Source of the DNA: Yoonia sp.
GTDB lineage: Bacteria; Pseudomonadota; Alphaproteobacteria; Rhodobacterales; Rhodobacteraceae
Reading direction: 5' to 3'
Length of the DNA stretch: 62,001 nt
Assembly: GCF_036007805.1 (NCBI RefSeq)
Contig: NZ_DASYOK010000058.1
Span: 1 to 62,001 of the forward strand
The position numbers were made by a program, and so were the translations under genes. Shown here in pieces: positions 11,002-21,308 of the stretch. Under the pieces are notes generated by a model that was not told the DNA's origin, searched no databases, and saw only the letters and a list, made by a program, of their open reading frames with translations. Every line of letters begins with the position of its first letter. The first letter of the stretch is position 1.

Positions 11002-12309
11002 TCATGCAGGGGCCGGTTGAGTGGCCTTCGTTGCGTCTCCAAACTTCAAACCAGAGCCTTCCACCATGAACGCATCATGGAGGCGCATGATGCTCTCGCG
11101 ATCCGAAAGGGGCGCGCCGCGACTGCATCTTTCCATGACATCCAGCAATCGTGCGACAAGATCGTCATCGCTGATCCCGTACCGGGCAATCGCCGCGAAC
11201 GCCGAACAGGCCAATTCCTCAAAGGTGACCGGTTCGAAGATGACCCGCAGTTTCATGTGTTCATCCATGATACGGCCCGAAGGAAACTGCCGACCTGCCA
11301 AAAGCCCTAGCACCTCGCCCAGACGATCCAGGCAATAAAGCGCGGTTGTCGGGTCGTTGACGCCCGGCGACAAGGCACGTTGCGCAATTTCCACAATCCG
11401 CCTGAGCGAGAACTCGATATCGTGATCGGGCGTGCGCTCGGCGCCAATCGAGAAGGCATTGGACAGGTCGTCGGCAACCGCATCGGAGACCCGGCCATAG
11501 GGCGATGCAATGACAAGTGACCCGGTCTTGGGAACAAAATTACCAATCCAGCGCTCTACCCGGACAACAAGATCGTTGTCGCTGGCGATCTGCCAAAGCC
11601 TGTCCAGATCAATCGACTGTATGTAGCCGCTGTCCGTCGCGACTACAGATCGGCTGTCATTTTCATAACCCTGCGGCAGAGCCTCCGCCATCAGTTTCCC
11701 GGGAAAAGGCGCTGACTTATGGTCGTGGGCCGGGAATACGCGCTCGACAGTCTTGCAGGCCTCGACCGAAAGACTGGCCAGTATGTTCTCGATGCGGATT
11801 GACGTCGCGATGTGGTGGATGAAGTAGATAAGCGTCGCGAGGCTTGCGACGGCTAGGATCATACCAAAGGACACGGCGATCACCGGCACAAAGTAGGAGG
11901 CGCCGCTTCCCCGAACGGAGGCAAGGACCAACAGGCAATAGACGAAGGTAGACAGGAATGTGCCCAGCACGATCTGGTTGCCGCGGTCGCGCATAAAATT
12001 GCGCAGCATTCGGGGGCCAAACTGTGAAGATGCAAGTTGCAGGGTCAACATTGTCATCGAAAATGTGACGCCGGCAACCGTGATCATGGATCCAGCGATA
12101 GCTGACAGGATCGCGCGAGCGCTCTCCGGGCCGAAGGCATAGGCCCATTCGTCGACCCATGCGAGCCATGCAGCCTCCAAGGAGCCCAGCAGAATCAGCA
12201 AAATGGCCGTTACCATGGCACAAATTGCCATGAGCGACGGCATAAACCAGAAACTGCTGTGCAGTCGGTCCCATATCCTTGGAATGAACTTGAAATAGCT
12301 GCGCATCAT
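11002..12309 (-). CDS. DUF2254 membrane protein
   Basis: SFWFMP, LASSQFGPR and ALSPGVNDPTTA motifs. Confidence 0.9.
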   Translation of the reverse strand: MMRSYFKFIPRIWDRLHSSFWFMPSLMAICAMVTAILLILLGSLEAAWLAWVDEWAYAFGPESARAILSAIAGSMITVAGVTFSMTMLTLQLASSQFGPRMLRNFMRDRGNQIVLGTFLSTFVYCLLVLASVRGSGASYFVPVIAVSFGMILAVASLATLIYFIHHIATSIRIENILASLSVEACKTVERVFPAHDHKSAPFPGKLMAEALPQGYENDSRSVVATDSGYIQSIDLDRLWQIASDNDLVVRVERWIGNFVPKTGSLVIASPYGRVSDAVADDLSNAFSIGAERTPDHDIEFSLRRIVEIAQRALSPGVNDPTTALYCLDRLGEVLGLLAGRQFPSGRIMDEHMKLRVIFEPVTFEELACSAFAAIARYGISDDDLVARLLDVMERCSRGAPLSDRESIMRLHDAFMVEGSGLKFGDATKATQPAPA

Positions 12310-12424
12310 CTCCCGCACCCCAGCCAAGATCCTCTCATGGGCCCATTTGACCTTCTCGTGGGCACGACATGCCAGCTCAAAACGCGGTGATTAGACGCTC
12401 CGTGAGGGCTCAAGGGTATCCCAG

Positions 12425-12616
12425 CTATTTGTCTTTTTCATCGGATTTGGTGACCCGGGTTTTGCCAGCGGGGCGTTCGTTGGCCCGCTTCAGTTCATCC
12501 TGCGTGCCGATGTCACGCGGCAAACGCCCACCTGAGCGCCCTGCCTGAGATATGGTGCCTTTGGCACCAAGGCCGTGGTCGGCGCCGTCGGACTTTGGGG
12601 TTTTATCGCGGGTCAT
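12425..12616 (-). CDS. Small hydrophilic stress-type protein (63 aa)
   Basis: GGAGG RBS; QAGRSGGRL.RDIGT.DELKRA.ERPAG.TRV.KSDE. Confidence 0.75.
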   Translation of the reverse strand: MTRDKTPKSDGADHGLGAKGTISQAGRSGGRLPRDIGTQDELKRANERPAGKTRVTKSDEKDK

Positions 12617-12656
12617 GGTTTAACCTCCAGTTGTTTGGGTACGGGAATGTCTGCAC

Positions 12657-12731
12657 TTACCGAAAACCGAAAAAGCCGAGAATGAACACGACAATGACCA
12701 CGAGGCCGACGATGTATATGATCCGATTCAT
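12657..12731 (-). CDS. 24-aa single-TM small protein (not in the ORF track)
   Basis: MNRIIYIVGLVVIVVFILGFFGFR*; purine-rich RBS GGATAGGGAT; same strand as and upstream of the 63-aa gene. Confidence 0.65.
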   Translation of the reverse strand: MNRIIYIVGLVVIVVFILGFFGFR

Positions 12732-12817
12732 TATATCCCTATCCGTTCTGAGAATGGCCAATAGCGACCTGCATCGCCAAGCTTGGCACATCGGAGTTCC
12801 TGCCAGATTGACATGCG

Positions 12818-13180
12818 TCAGTCCGCCAGCAATTTCTTGCGCTCTCCAAACTCCTGCGTGTCGATTTCACCCTTTGCGTAGCGCTCCTTGAGCAACATCA
12901 GCGCCCGATCATGTGCAGGCCCGCCACTGCCAGCCACGCCGAACAATCGCAGGACGTAGATGGCACCAACAACGATCCCGACCAGGATCAGGATCATGAA
13001 GATCGGACCAAGGACCATTCCGAACCCTCCCCATTGATCACCACCCCACATCATATCATGCCCGTGATAGGAGGGTGCATCACGGTTGGGCATCTCACCG
13101 ACTTGCGCCAAGGCCATGTTCGCCGTCAGTGCGGCTGTCGTAGCCAAGGTCGCCGAACGTGCTGCAATCCTGTGTCTCAT
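12818..13180 (-). CDS. SHOCT-domain membrane protein (copper-associated)
   Basis: Signal-like N-terminus, GHDMMWGG Met/His patch, TM helix, ALMLLKERYAKGEID..EF. Confidence 0.85.
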   Translation of the reverse strand: MRHRIAARSATLATTAALTANMALAQVGEMPNRDAPSYHGHDMMWGGDQWGGFGMVLGPIFMILILVGIVVGAIYVLRLFGVAGSGGPAHDRALMLLKERYAKGEIDTQEFGERKKLLAD

Positions 13181-13409
13181 ATGACATCTCCATGAATATA
13201 GAGCCAAAAGACGCTCTGCCTTCATCAAATCGGAAATGACCGGAACGCACACTGATCTGCATCACCCTGTGTGCTGCAATCAGGGATAACATGGCGGCGA
13301 TGCAAAGAACTCCGAAGCGTGGGGCTTGTGCCCGATACGGCTGCCCGGACACGCGCCTCGGTAGGGGCGAGACCATGCGGCCCAAAATCTCTGAGGAAAG
13401 GATGGCGCA

Positions 13410-13796
13410 ATGAGCTATACGATCAACCGCACCTTCAAGGGGGTATCCTTCAAAGACATTGATGCCCGAACACGCACAGCGCTGGCCGACAATGGCTTTG
13501 GCGTTCTGACCGAGATCGACGTGCAAGCGACGATGAAGAAGAAGCTCGATGTCGAGATGCGGCCCTACCGGATCCTCGGTGCCTGCAACCCGAAGATGGC
13601 CTATGAAGCCATTGGGATCGAGCCGCGCGTCGGTGCCATGTTGCCCTGCAATGTGATCCTGCGCGAGGTAGATGGCGGGGTCGAGGTCAGCGCGATCGAC
13701 CCGGTGGCCTCGATGCAGGCGATCGAAAACGCTGAACTGACGGCCGTGGCGGGCCAGGTGCGCAATCTGCTAGCCAAGGCCGTCGCTGCGATCTGA
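13410..13796 (+). CDS. DUF302 family protein
   Basis: GFGVLTEID, YRILGACNP and GAMLPCNV motifs. Confidence 0.92.
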   Translation: MSYTINRTFKGVSFKDIDARTRTALADNGFGVLTEIDVQATMKKKLDVEMRPYRILGACNPKMAYEAIGIEPRVGAMLPCNVILREVDGGVEVSAIDPVASMQAIENAELTAVAGQVRNLLAKAVAAI

Positions 13797-13913
13797 ACTG
13801 CTTATGAACGGCGTCACATAGCCCTGCCCCCTCAAACAAAGGGAGGGTGCGGGCGAGTCGTGACACCGCATCACGCTGCTATTGCCGGCTCAATCCAACT
13901 CGAGGAGCGTTTC

Positions 13914-16283
13914 ATGTCTCTTACCCGTAAAGAAACTGACCACCCAAACACGGGCGATGACCATCCTTCGGGGTCACGGGGCGAGCCGCGGGCCGGGTCT
14001 ACGGACATTGACCCTGTCTGCGGCATGACCGTGACCTTGACGCCCGACACAAGGACCGAGAAGCTTGATGGTAATGTTATCCATTTCTGCTCAGAGAAAT
14101 GTCGAACGAAATTCAAGGCCGATCCGTCATCATATGCTTCTGGTGACCGTGGAGGTCTGCACAAGGCAGCCCAAGGCAACGCGCAATACACCTGCCCGAT
14201 GCACCCCGAGATCATCCGCGATGCGCCGGGCGCCCGCCCGATCTGTGGCATGGCGCTGGAACCGATGGAGCCAACGGACGGGCCAAACCACGAGCTGGTG
14301 GACTTCACCCGCCGCATGTGGATCTCGGTGGCGGCGGCTGTCCCGCTGATCGTGCTGACTATGGGGCCGATGGTGGGGTTGCCCGTGCGCGACTGGCTCG
14401 GACATCAGGTGGCTGGCTATCTTGAGTTCGCGCTGGCGACGCCAGTCGTCCTTTGGGCCGCACTGCCGTTTTTCCAACGTGGATGGGCGTCAATCATCAA
14501 CCGGTCGTCGAACATGTGGACGCTGATCTCGCTCGGCGTGGCGGCGGCCTATATTTACTCGCTGTTCGCGGTTTTCCTGCCGGGCCTGTTCCCCGAACAA
14601 TACCGGACGGGCGATGCCGTCGGCACCTATTTCGAGGCATCGGTCGTCATCGTGGCGCTGGTCTTTTTCGGCCAGGTGCTTGAACTGCAGGCGCGCGAAC
14701 GCACAGGCGACGCCATCCGCGCGCTTCTTGATCTCGCGCCAAAGACCGCGCGGCGCATCGCGGCGGACGGCACCGAAAGCGACGTTCCGTTGGACTCTAT
14801 CGTGGAGGGCGACCGGTTGCGTGTGCGGCCCGGCGATGCGGTCCCGGTCGATGGCGTGGTGATCGAGGGTCGGTCCAGCTTGGATGAAAGTATGCTGACC
14901 GGCGAGGCGATGCCGGTGGAAAAAGGTCCGGGCGATGCTGTAACGGGCGCCACGATCAACAAGAACGGCAGTCTTGTGATCGAGGCGGGCAAGGTCGGCG
15001 CCGATACCGTGCTGGCGCAGATTGTGGAAATGGTGTCGAATGCAAAGCGGTCACGTGCGCCGATTCAGGGGCTTGCAGACCGGGTATCAGCAGTTTTCGT
15101 GCCGACCGTGGTCGGTGTATCGATCCTTGCCTTCATCTCATGGATGATCTTCGGCCCCGAACCCGTGCTGGTCTTTGCCATGGCCGCTGCCGTGTCGGTG
15201 CTGATCGTCGCCTGCCCCTGCGCGCTTGGGCTGGCAACGCCGATCTCGATCACCACGGCGGCGGGGCGCGGGGCGCAGGCTGGCGTGCTGATCAAGGATG
15301 CCGAAGCACTGGAACGGATGGCGGGCGTCGATACGTTGATCGTCGACAAAACCGGCACGCTGACCATGGGCAAGCCGAAACTGACCGATCTTGTGGTGCT
15401 AGGGGATGTGGCAGAAGCCGAGCTGCTGTCATTGGCTGCGGCGCTGGAGCGCGGCTCGGAACACCCGCTTGCCGAAGCCATCGTAGAGAGCGCCGAAGCC
15501 GCAGATGCCAAGCGGCAGGAGGTAACGGATTTTGAGGCTTTCACCGGCAAAGGTGTACAGGGAACCATCGACGGACGCGCCGTTGCGCTTGGCAACACGG
15601 CGATGATGCAGAAGATGGGACTGGATACTGGCACGGCGGAGGAAAAGGCCGATGCGCTTCGCACCGAGGGCAAGACGGCGATGTTCATCGCGGTCGACGG
15701 GGCCATCGTTGGGATCGTGGCCGTGGCCGATCCGATCAAAGACAGCACCGCGCAGGCGATCAAGGAACTTCATGCTCTGGGCCTGCGCGTCATCATGGCG
15801 ACCGGTGATAATGAACGCACGGCGCAGGCCGTGGCAGGCGAACTGGGCATCGATGAGGTGCGCGCAGGTGTCCTGCCGGAAGACAAAAAGACGCTGATCG
15901 ACCAGTTGCGCCGCGAAGGTCACAAGATCGCAATGGCGGGCGACGGGGTGAACGACGCCCCTGCCCTGGCTGCGGCAGATGTCGGCATCGCCATGGGCAC
16001 CGGGGCCGATGTGGCGATGGAAAGCGCAGGCATCACCCTGCTCGGCGGCGATCTGATGGGCATCGTGCGGGCACGCAAACTGGCCCGCGCCACCTTGCGC
16101 AACATCAAGCAGAACCTGTTCTTCGCCTTCGCCTATAATGCGCTTGGCGTGCCGATTGCTGCAGGTGTGTTGTACCCTGTCACCGGCCTGTTGCTCTCCC
16201 CGATGATTGCGGCGGCAGCGATGAGTCTGTCCTCCGTCTCGGTCATCACCAACGCGCTGAGGTTGCGGCGGGTTGGGCTCTAG
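13914..16283 (+). CDS. copA: Cu(I)/Ag(I)-translocating P1B-type ATPase with YHS and heavy-metal-binding N-domains
   Basis: DPVCGM..FCS..C (YHS), YTCPMHP, TGE, CPC, DKTGT, SEHP, GDGVND, YN and MSLSS motifs. Confidence 0.93.
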   Translation: MSLTRKETDHPNTGDDHPSGSRGEPRAGSTDIDPVCGMTVTLTPDTRTEKLDGNVIHFCSEKCRTKFKADPSSYASGDRGGLHKAAQGNAQYTCPMHPEIIRDAPGARPICGMALEPMEPTDGPNHELVDFTRRMWISVAAAVPLIVLTMGPMVGLPVRDWLGHQVAGYLEFALATPVVLWAALPFFQRGWASIINRSSNMWTLISLGVAAAYIYSLFAVFLPGLFPEQYRTGDAVGTYFEASVVIVALVFFGQVLELQARERTGDAIRALLDLAPKTARRIAADGTESDVPLDSIVEGDRLRVRPGDAVPVDGVVIEGRSSLDESMLTGEAMPVEKGPGDAVTGATINKNGSLVIEAGKVGADTVLAQIVEMVSNAKRSRAPIQGLADRVSAVFVPTVVGVSILAFISWMIFGPEPVLVFAMAAAVSVLIVACPCALGLATPISITTAAGRGAQAGVLIKDAEALERMAGVDTLIVDKTGTLTMGKPKLTDLVVLGDVAEAELLSLAAALERGSEHPLAEAIVESAEAADAKRQEVTDFEAFTGKGVQGTIDGRAVALGNTAMMQKMGLDTGTAEEKADALRTEGKTAMFIAVDGAIVGIVAVADPIKDSTAQAIKELHALGLRVIMATGDNERTAQAVAGELGIDEVRAGVLPEDKKTLIDQLRREGHKIAMAGDGVNDAPALAAADVGIAMGTGADVAMESAGITLLGGDLMGIVRARKLARATLRNIKQNLFFAFAYNALGVPIAAGVLYPVTGLLLSPMIAAAAMSLSSVSVITNALRLRRVGL

Positions 16284-16314
16284 CGGCTAAGGGAACAGAC
16301 GGCAGAACAGTCGA

Positions 16315-16764
16315 TCAAGCAGATTTCGCTTTCGCGGCCGCCGGTTCGTTCGCGCGCAAGACCATGCGCCAGAGCGGCTTGAGCGCTTCCAGCGCCAGCA
16401 AAACCCCGATCCCGGCCACAGGTGGCACGGCCAGCCATACGCCTTCCAGTACACCAAAACGAAACAGGTCACGCGCCGGTGCCCAGAAGAGTGTCACAGC
16501 GAGAAGCGCCGCGACAATCGGTAACACAACCGCCAGCGCCTTGTTCGGCGGCAGCAGCGCCGACAGGATAGAGTTGGAGTTCGATCGGTCGATCAGGATC
16601 AAGGCGACAACGCCCAGAACCAGCGTGGCAAAGGCAAGTCCGCGCACCTGATCGGGGTCAAGGCCATAGCCGGGCGCAAACCACGCGGGAGAGCCCGCCA
16701 TACCAAGAACCATGCCGCCCTGCGACAGGCGCGACAGACGGTCTTCAAACCGCGCGTCGGACAT
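16315..16764 (-). pseudogene. Chimeric fragment: C-terminal TM domain of a cation-transporting P-type ATPase joined to a short unrelated N-terminus
   Basis: RGLAFATLV...LILIDRS...PN.ALAVV...RDLFRFG is Cation_ATPase_C-like; no catalytic domains. Confidence 0.65.
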
Positions 16765-16999
16765 GATCCGTTACCCTCTTCAATCGGTCGCTAGCTGCTG
16801 CCGTCTACGCGGAAACCGTGACCATCTCTGGCCCGAACCGTGGCACGTCACGTCCCTTCCTCACCCGCACGGGCCGGATTTTTTTTGTTGCACGAGGGCG
16901 GCAACCTGCGCTTCAATTGTTTGTGCAGTGCCGTGCCGACAAGGGCGCGGGTGATCTGCGGCTCAAGAAAAACTGTGTGTCCGGGGCGGAGGGTGCGAG

Positions 17000-17656
17000 G
17001 TGACCGAGCATATCTGGTATATCGAAGCGCTGCTTCTCGGCCAGTACAATCGCGGCTACGCGCCGGCGGACGATCCGGCGCTTTCGGAGCGGGAAAACAG
17101 GAACATCCGACTGAAAATCCTCTATCGAATGCGGCAGGGCGAACCGGTCGCGCCGGAGGAACTGCCCGAAACCTATGTGTACAACAAAGGCCATCCGGGG
17201 ACGCGACTCGACATTCCGTTCTGGTGGTCCGCGTTCCTGCAGGTGCGCGAGGATATGGCGGAGGTGATGCGCCGCTTCGACCTGGGCCGGACGCTGCTGC
17301 ACCCGATCACGGTGGAACTCGCCGGGGGCAAGGGCGAAGACAGGCGCTATCTCACCCTGGCAACAAGCAACATCCGGTCGACGATCGACCCCGACCACTC
17401 CGAAGGGATCCACTACGGGCAGAAGCGCCGCTCGGCCCTGATGTGCGAAGGCAAGGTTCATCCGAGGGTCCGGGCGTTCCGCACCGCCGTTGAGGGACCT
17501 GCCATCTGGACCGATCCGGGGGTTGCGGACACGCTTTTCGTGAACGACGCCCTGGCGCAGGCGCTTCTGGCCGAACCCTACGGGCGCGATCTGCGTCTCA
17601 AGCAAGTCCGGCTGGTTGATGAAAGGCGCGGCCTGCCGCACCCTGCGGGGCCCTAA
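17000..17656 (+). CDS. Imm11 (DUF1629)-like putative immunity protein
   Basis: V.E.MAEVMRRFDLG...LHPI and terminal GPAIWTDP...TLFVNDALAQAL pattern; GGAGG RBS. Confidence 0.6.
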   Translation: MTEHIWYIEALLLGQYNRGYAPADDPALSERENRNIRLKILYRMRQGEPVAPEELPETYVYNKGHPGTRLDIPFWWSAFLQVREDMAEVMRRFDLGRTLLHPITVELAGGKGEDRRYLTLATSNIRSTIDPDHSEGIHYGQKRRSALMCEGKVHPRVRAFRTAVEGPAIWTDPGVADTLFVNDALAQALLAEPYGRDLRLKQVRLVDERRGLPHPAGP

Positions 17657-17706
17657 AGCCGATCCGCTGCCCCGCCACAACCTACCAGGATGGATTGCGG
17701 CGGAAG

Positions 17707-18642
17707 TCAGACCTTGCCGCCCCTAGCCCGCTCATGGTTGCGCGCCGCTCGGAAGAGGCTCAACGCCGTGTCCCACGCGCACAGGTGCGAGACGGGTTGC
17801 GCCCCCGTCGGCAGCGGGTCGGGGACCTTCCAATCCATGAGCAGATGCGCCGCGCAGGACTGGAACGGATAGATCTGCTCGGCCAGAATCGTCCCCGTCC
17901 CCGCTCGGGGGCTTTCGGGATCTTCGCCGGCGCCGGCCTCTGCCATAAGTTCGATGCTGCCGAGCTCGTTCAGGCCCGACAGGATCGTGCGGTGCATCCA
18001 TGACAGCGCAGCGCGCGCCTCGTCATCGAGCGCGGCGAAAGGCGGCGGCGTGTCGATCAGGATGCCGCGATCGCGCGCGACGGCGTAGGGCAGGAAGAAC
18101 CAGAGGCGCTCGCCCGACCGCCACGCCCCGCTCCGCAAGTCGTCAGCGCCTGTGTCGTAGGCCGCCGCAAGGCCCGGGTCGGGGTGAAGGCGCGCGAGGG
18201 CCTGGCTGACGTCCTCGCGCGGGTTCACGCGTGGCTTCGGCCGCGCCAGCGCTGCCTTCCAGGCCGCGTGATCCCGCGCGATCCAACCCAGATTTTCGGG
18301 GTTCCTGGCGAGGAGTTCCGCGATCTTCTCGGGCGGCAAGACATAGGGCGAGGCGATGCTGACGAGGATGCGCTTGCCGTCATGGTCGAGGTCACCGGGA
18401 TCGGCCACGCCCTTTTCGTCCAGCAGTTGCAGGATCTGGTGATGCACGCGGACCCGTATCCGGTCGGCATCCGAAAGGGAAGGAAAGATGCGGCGCGTGG
18501 CGTGGCGAGGGATCGGGCTATCCATCCCGGGCGGATGCGCCACGCGCCTGCAATCAGCCGCGAAGGCGCGCGCCTCGTCCCACCAAGGGGGATTTTCGGG
18601 CCGCCCCCCGCCGCGGCGGCCGTTTCTCCAGAACATGCCCAT
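17707..18642 (-). CDS. Hypothetical protein (about 310 aa, GC-rich)
   Basis: Long ORF with GC3-biased codons, convergent with the Imm11-like gene; no recognisable motif. Confidence 0.6.
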   Translation of the reverse strand: MGMFWRNGRRGGGRPENPPWWDEARAFAADCRRVAHPPGMDSPIPRHATRRIFPSLSDADRIRVRVHHQILQLLDEKGVADPGDLDHDGKRILVSIASPYVLPPEKIAELLARNPENLGWIARDHAAWKAALARPKPRVNPREDVSQALARLHPDPGLAAAYDTGADDLRSGAWRSGERLWFFLPYAVARDRGILIDTPPPFAALDDEARAALSWMHRTILSGLNELGSIELMAEAGAGEDPESPRAGTGTILAEQIYPFQSCAAHLLMDWKVPDPLPTGAQPVSHLCAWDTALSLFRAARNHERARGGKV

Positions 18643-18914
18643 ACTGTCGGAACCTTTTGCAACACGTCTGCACAGCACAAAAAACATACGAAATTCGTCA
18701 TCGGTGCGGCCTCACGATGGCGAATTCAAGACACGCTACCCGCTATCGGTAACAGGGTACCATGGCGAGGACAGGCTTGCGCCTCCCCACGGGTCGCATT
18801 CCCTGAACCAGCCCGCAATGAACGCGCCGCCACACGATATCACGCGATCGAAACGTGAACATGTACTGCACACAACGCCCGACAACCCATTGAAATCCCA
18901 TCCAGATCGCCACC

Positions 18915-18971
18915 TTCCATCATCGGGGCAATAGATAATCGCGCGGCCTGAGTGGCTGAGGTGTTGGGCAT
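18915..18971 (-). mobile_element. dusA 5'-end fragment, probable att scar 1
   Basis: AGGAG RBS then MPNTSATQAARLSIAPMME, the DusA N-terminal motif RLS(V/I)APMM(D/E), breaking off at that motif. Confidence 0.7.
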
Positions 18972-19440
18972 TCAGCGTTCTCCTACGGCCCGCGATCCGG
19001 TTTCCGCGTCCATATTGTAAACATAATGCAGGTGAACTGGGGCAGTCCAACCCCGAGAGAGTAAAGACGTGCGAACGGCAGAGATTGGGTGGTCCTGTGA
19101 TTGAGACCGCCTACCCTACCGCTAAAATCCCTCGCAAGGGAATGCTGGGGAGAACTCCAACAAGTCGTTCAATCCCGTGTGCTCTACACGCGTACAAGAA
19201 CCCCCGACTTATTGCTGCAAGATCGGTTTCGCCCCGATCCCCCATGGGTCCAGAACAAAAAGGCAGCCTCAGTGGATGCGTTGTCAAGCATCCTTAGGCG
19301 TTTCCGAAATCGAACTGGGCTGGCGTATCGTTGGTCCGAAAACCGCAAAAGCGCGGCATAGTTGTTGGCGAGGGTCGCTAGGCCTGCCATCTCGGTGGCG
19401 GCAAAGGTCTTGGTCCTTGTCATGCGAGGGGCTTGAGCTC

Positions 19441-19592
19441 ATGGAGCGTTTAGTAAGCCGACGCATGCTCGTTGGAACAGGATTTGCAACCTTCGTTGTT
19501 GGCGGTGTAGCAGCGCAGCCTGTCTTTCGCCTAGATCCAACACCGGTGTTTCTCGACAACGATGCTGCGGTTATTGACGGCCTGCGCCGCGC
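19441..19592 (+). pseudogene. N-terminal fragment of a PhnD/AioX-like periplasmic oxyanion-binding protein
   Basis: Tat-like SRRMLVG then FRL..TPVFLDNDAAVIDGLRRA; the frame then runs into antisense MFS sequence. Confidence 0.45.
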
Positions 19593-20140
19593 TTCGTGGC
19601 GCGACTTGCGCAGGGCCGACGAGAGCGCCCGCCACGATGGCGACAGCCGTGCTGGCCTCGGCGGCTTGCGGCAGCTCCGGCAAATGGGCGGCCATGGCGG
19701 TACAGTCGAACAAGGTCACCGCGAATACGAAGGCGAGCAACCAGAGCGCCAGGCGCGACGGCGGTGGTCCGTCCTTCACTGGTATGCTCGACACTGCAAC
19801 CGTCTTGGTGCCCTTCGGCAGCCAGCCGTTCAGCGGCGGGGCCACTGCAAAATGGATCCATGCCCAGCCAAGGCACGCCTCGCGCCAGTCCCACGTCGCC
19901 AGCAGCACCCCGCGCCAACCAATCCGGTCGATCCGCGACCCGGACCATGGGCCGCGCATCGCCGAGACCACCAACGCCATGGAGAACGCACCGAAAACCC
20001 CGACCGGCGACATGCCGAGGTCTTCGGCCATAGGCACTGCCGGAACTGCCGGGATGGCGTAGCTGGAAGCCCAACTGACAGTGAGGGACGAGCCGAGCGC
20101 GGCGACTACAGGTGCGCGCCGCGCCGGAGACAGTCTGGGG
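19590..20140 (-). pseudogene. Internally deleted MFS transporter of the type linked to ars operons
   Basis: VVAALGSS.TVSWASSY..PA....MAEDLG...VFGAFS.AL...GP..G.RID; WREACLGWA; GALVGPAQV; most TMs missing. Confidence 0.7.
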
Positions 20141-20200
20141 ATCAAGGTGGGGGCTTCGATCAAGGAGAGGCGGCGAAACAAGGCGTCTCGCCGCTGGTGT

Positions 20201-21253
20201 TCATGCCATCTGCGTCCAGAGCTGGAATAGCAGCCCAGACGCAAAGGCCCCGGTCAGTGACAGGCCGATGTACAGCGCAAAGACCTGCGGTTTCGCCAGC
20301 GCCCAGACCGCCATGGCTGCCGGGATCGAAGTCACCCCACCCGCAACAAGGAAGGCCATGCCGGCCCCTGGCGCCATGCCCTGCTCGATCAGCCCGCCCA
20401 CCAGCGGCAGCGCCGCGTAGCCGTTCAGATAGGCGGGCACGCCCACAAGCGTCGCGGTCATGATGGGCAGCAGCCCTTCGCCGCCAAGCGCCGCAGTCAC
20501 CGTCTCCGCAGGAATCCAGGCCAGCATCAGGCTTTCGAGGATGAAGGCCAGCGTTAGCCACTTTGCGAGGAACAGCGTCGTGCTCAGCGCCGTCTTGCCA
20601 AACTTCGCGCGGCGGTCAGGCTCGGTCCAGAAGCGCCATGCCACCGGCTTGGGTGCGCGGATCTTGGCCCCACCGCAACCGCCATTGCCGATGCCGTCGC
20701 GCAGCGGATCAGCGAAGGCGCCACCCTTCATCATCAGATGCACCACCGTCCCGCCAAAGACTCCCAGCCCGAGTGCGGCCAGCGTCTTGGACACCGCGAA
20801 CTCGAGGTCCAGAACCCCCGCCGTCAACACGAACATAGAGGGGTCCATAATCGGCGATGCGAGCCAGAATGCCATGACGGCAGACAGCGGTACGCCCATC
20901 GCAAGCAGCGCCGCGATCAGAGGGATCACCCCGCAGGAGCAGAAAGGCGAAATGCCTCCCGCCAGCGCGCCCAGCCCGATCATCAAGAGCGGTGCTCCGG
21001 TGAAGGCCTTGGCGATAAGGTTGTCGGCGCCAGTCGCATTAGCCCAGGCGGCGATCGCGATTGACAGGATCAGGAAGGGCGCCGTGTTCAGGAGTGCGGC
21101 GCCCGCGAAGAGCGCAGAGTCCGCGGCCTGGGGAGTGTCGAACAGCGCCAGCGCCGCAAGGATCAGCACTGAGGCCAGCCAGACCCGCTGGTCTTGCCAC
21201 ACATGGCGCAGCGTGGACCGGAGGCCCGGTGCCGGAAGGGTTGAATCAGTCAT
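20201..21253 (-). CDS. arsP: ArsP-like (DUF318) permease
   Basis: PFCSCGVIP, MAFWLASP and GAGMAFLVAG motifs; directly downstream of arsR. Confidence 0.82.
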   Translation of the reverse strand: MTDSTLPAPGLRSTLRHVWQDQRVWLASVLILAALALFDTPQAADSALFAGAALLNTAPFLILSIAIAAWANATGADNLIAKAFTGAPLLMIGLGALAGGISPFCSCGVIPLIAALLAMGVPLSAVMAFWLASPIMDPSMFVLTAGVLDLEFAVSKTLAALGLGVFGGTVVHLMMKGGAFADPLRDGIGNGGCGGAKIRAPKPVAWRFWTEPDRRAKFGKTALSTTLFLAKWLTLAFILESLMLAWIPAETVTAALGGEGLLPIMTATLVGVPAYLNGYAALPLVGGLIEQGMAPGAGMAFLVAGGVTSIPAAMAVWALAKPQVFALYIGLSLTGAFASGLLFQLWTQMA

Positions 21254-21308
21254 CACCAAATCTCCAGAATTACAGTTGTTTCAAGGCGAAAAAAAGACGG
21301 CGCAAACA

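Noticed and set aside
18690-18710. GCACCGATGACG on the minus strand as a third dusA scar
   Set aside because: Only APM matches; the upstream codons and RBS do not
16807-19008. 12-bp inverted match ACGCGGAAACCG flanking the GC-rich cassette
   Set aside because: Too short, with no transposase or target duplication; may be chance
19177-20463. 428-aa plus-strand ORF
   Set aside because: Artefact: a short aioX-like fragment reading into the antisense of the MFS remnant and arsP
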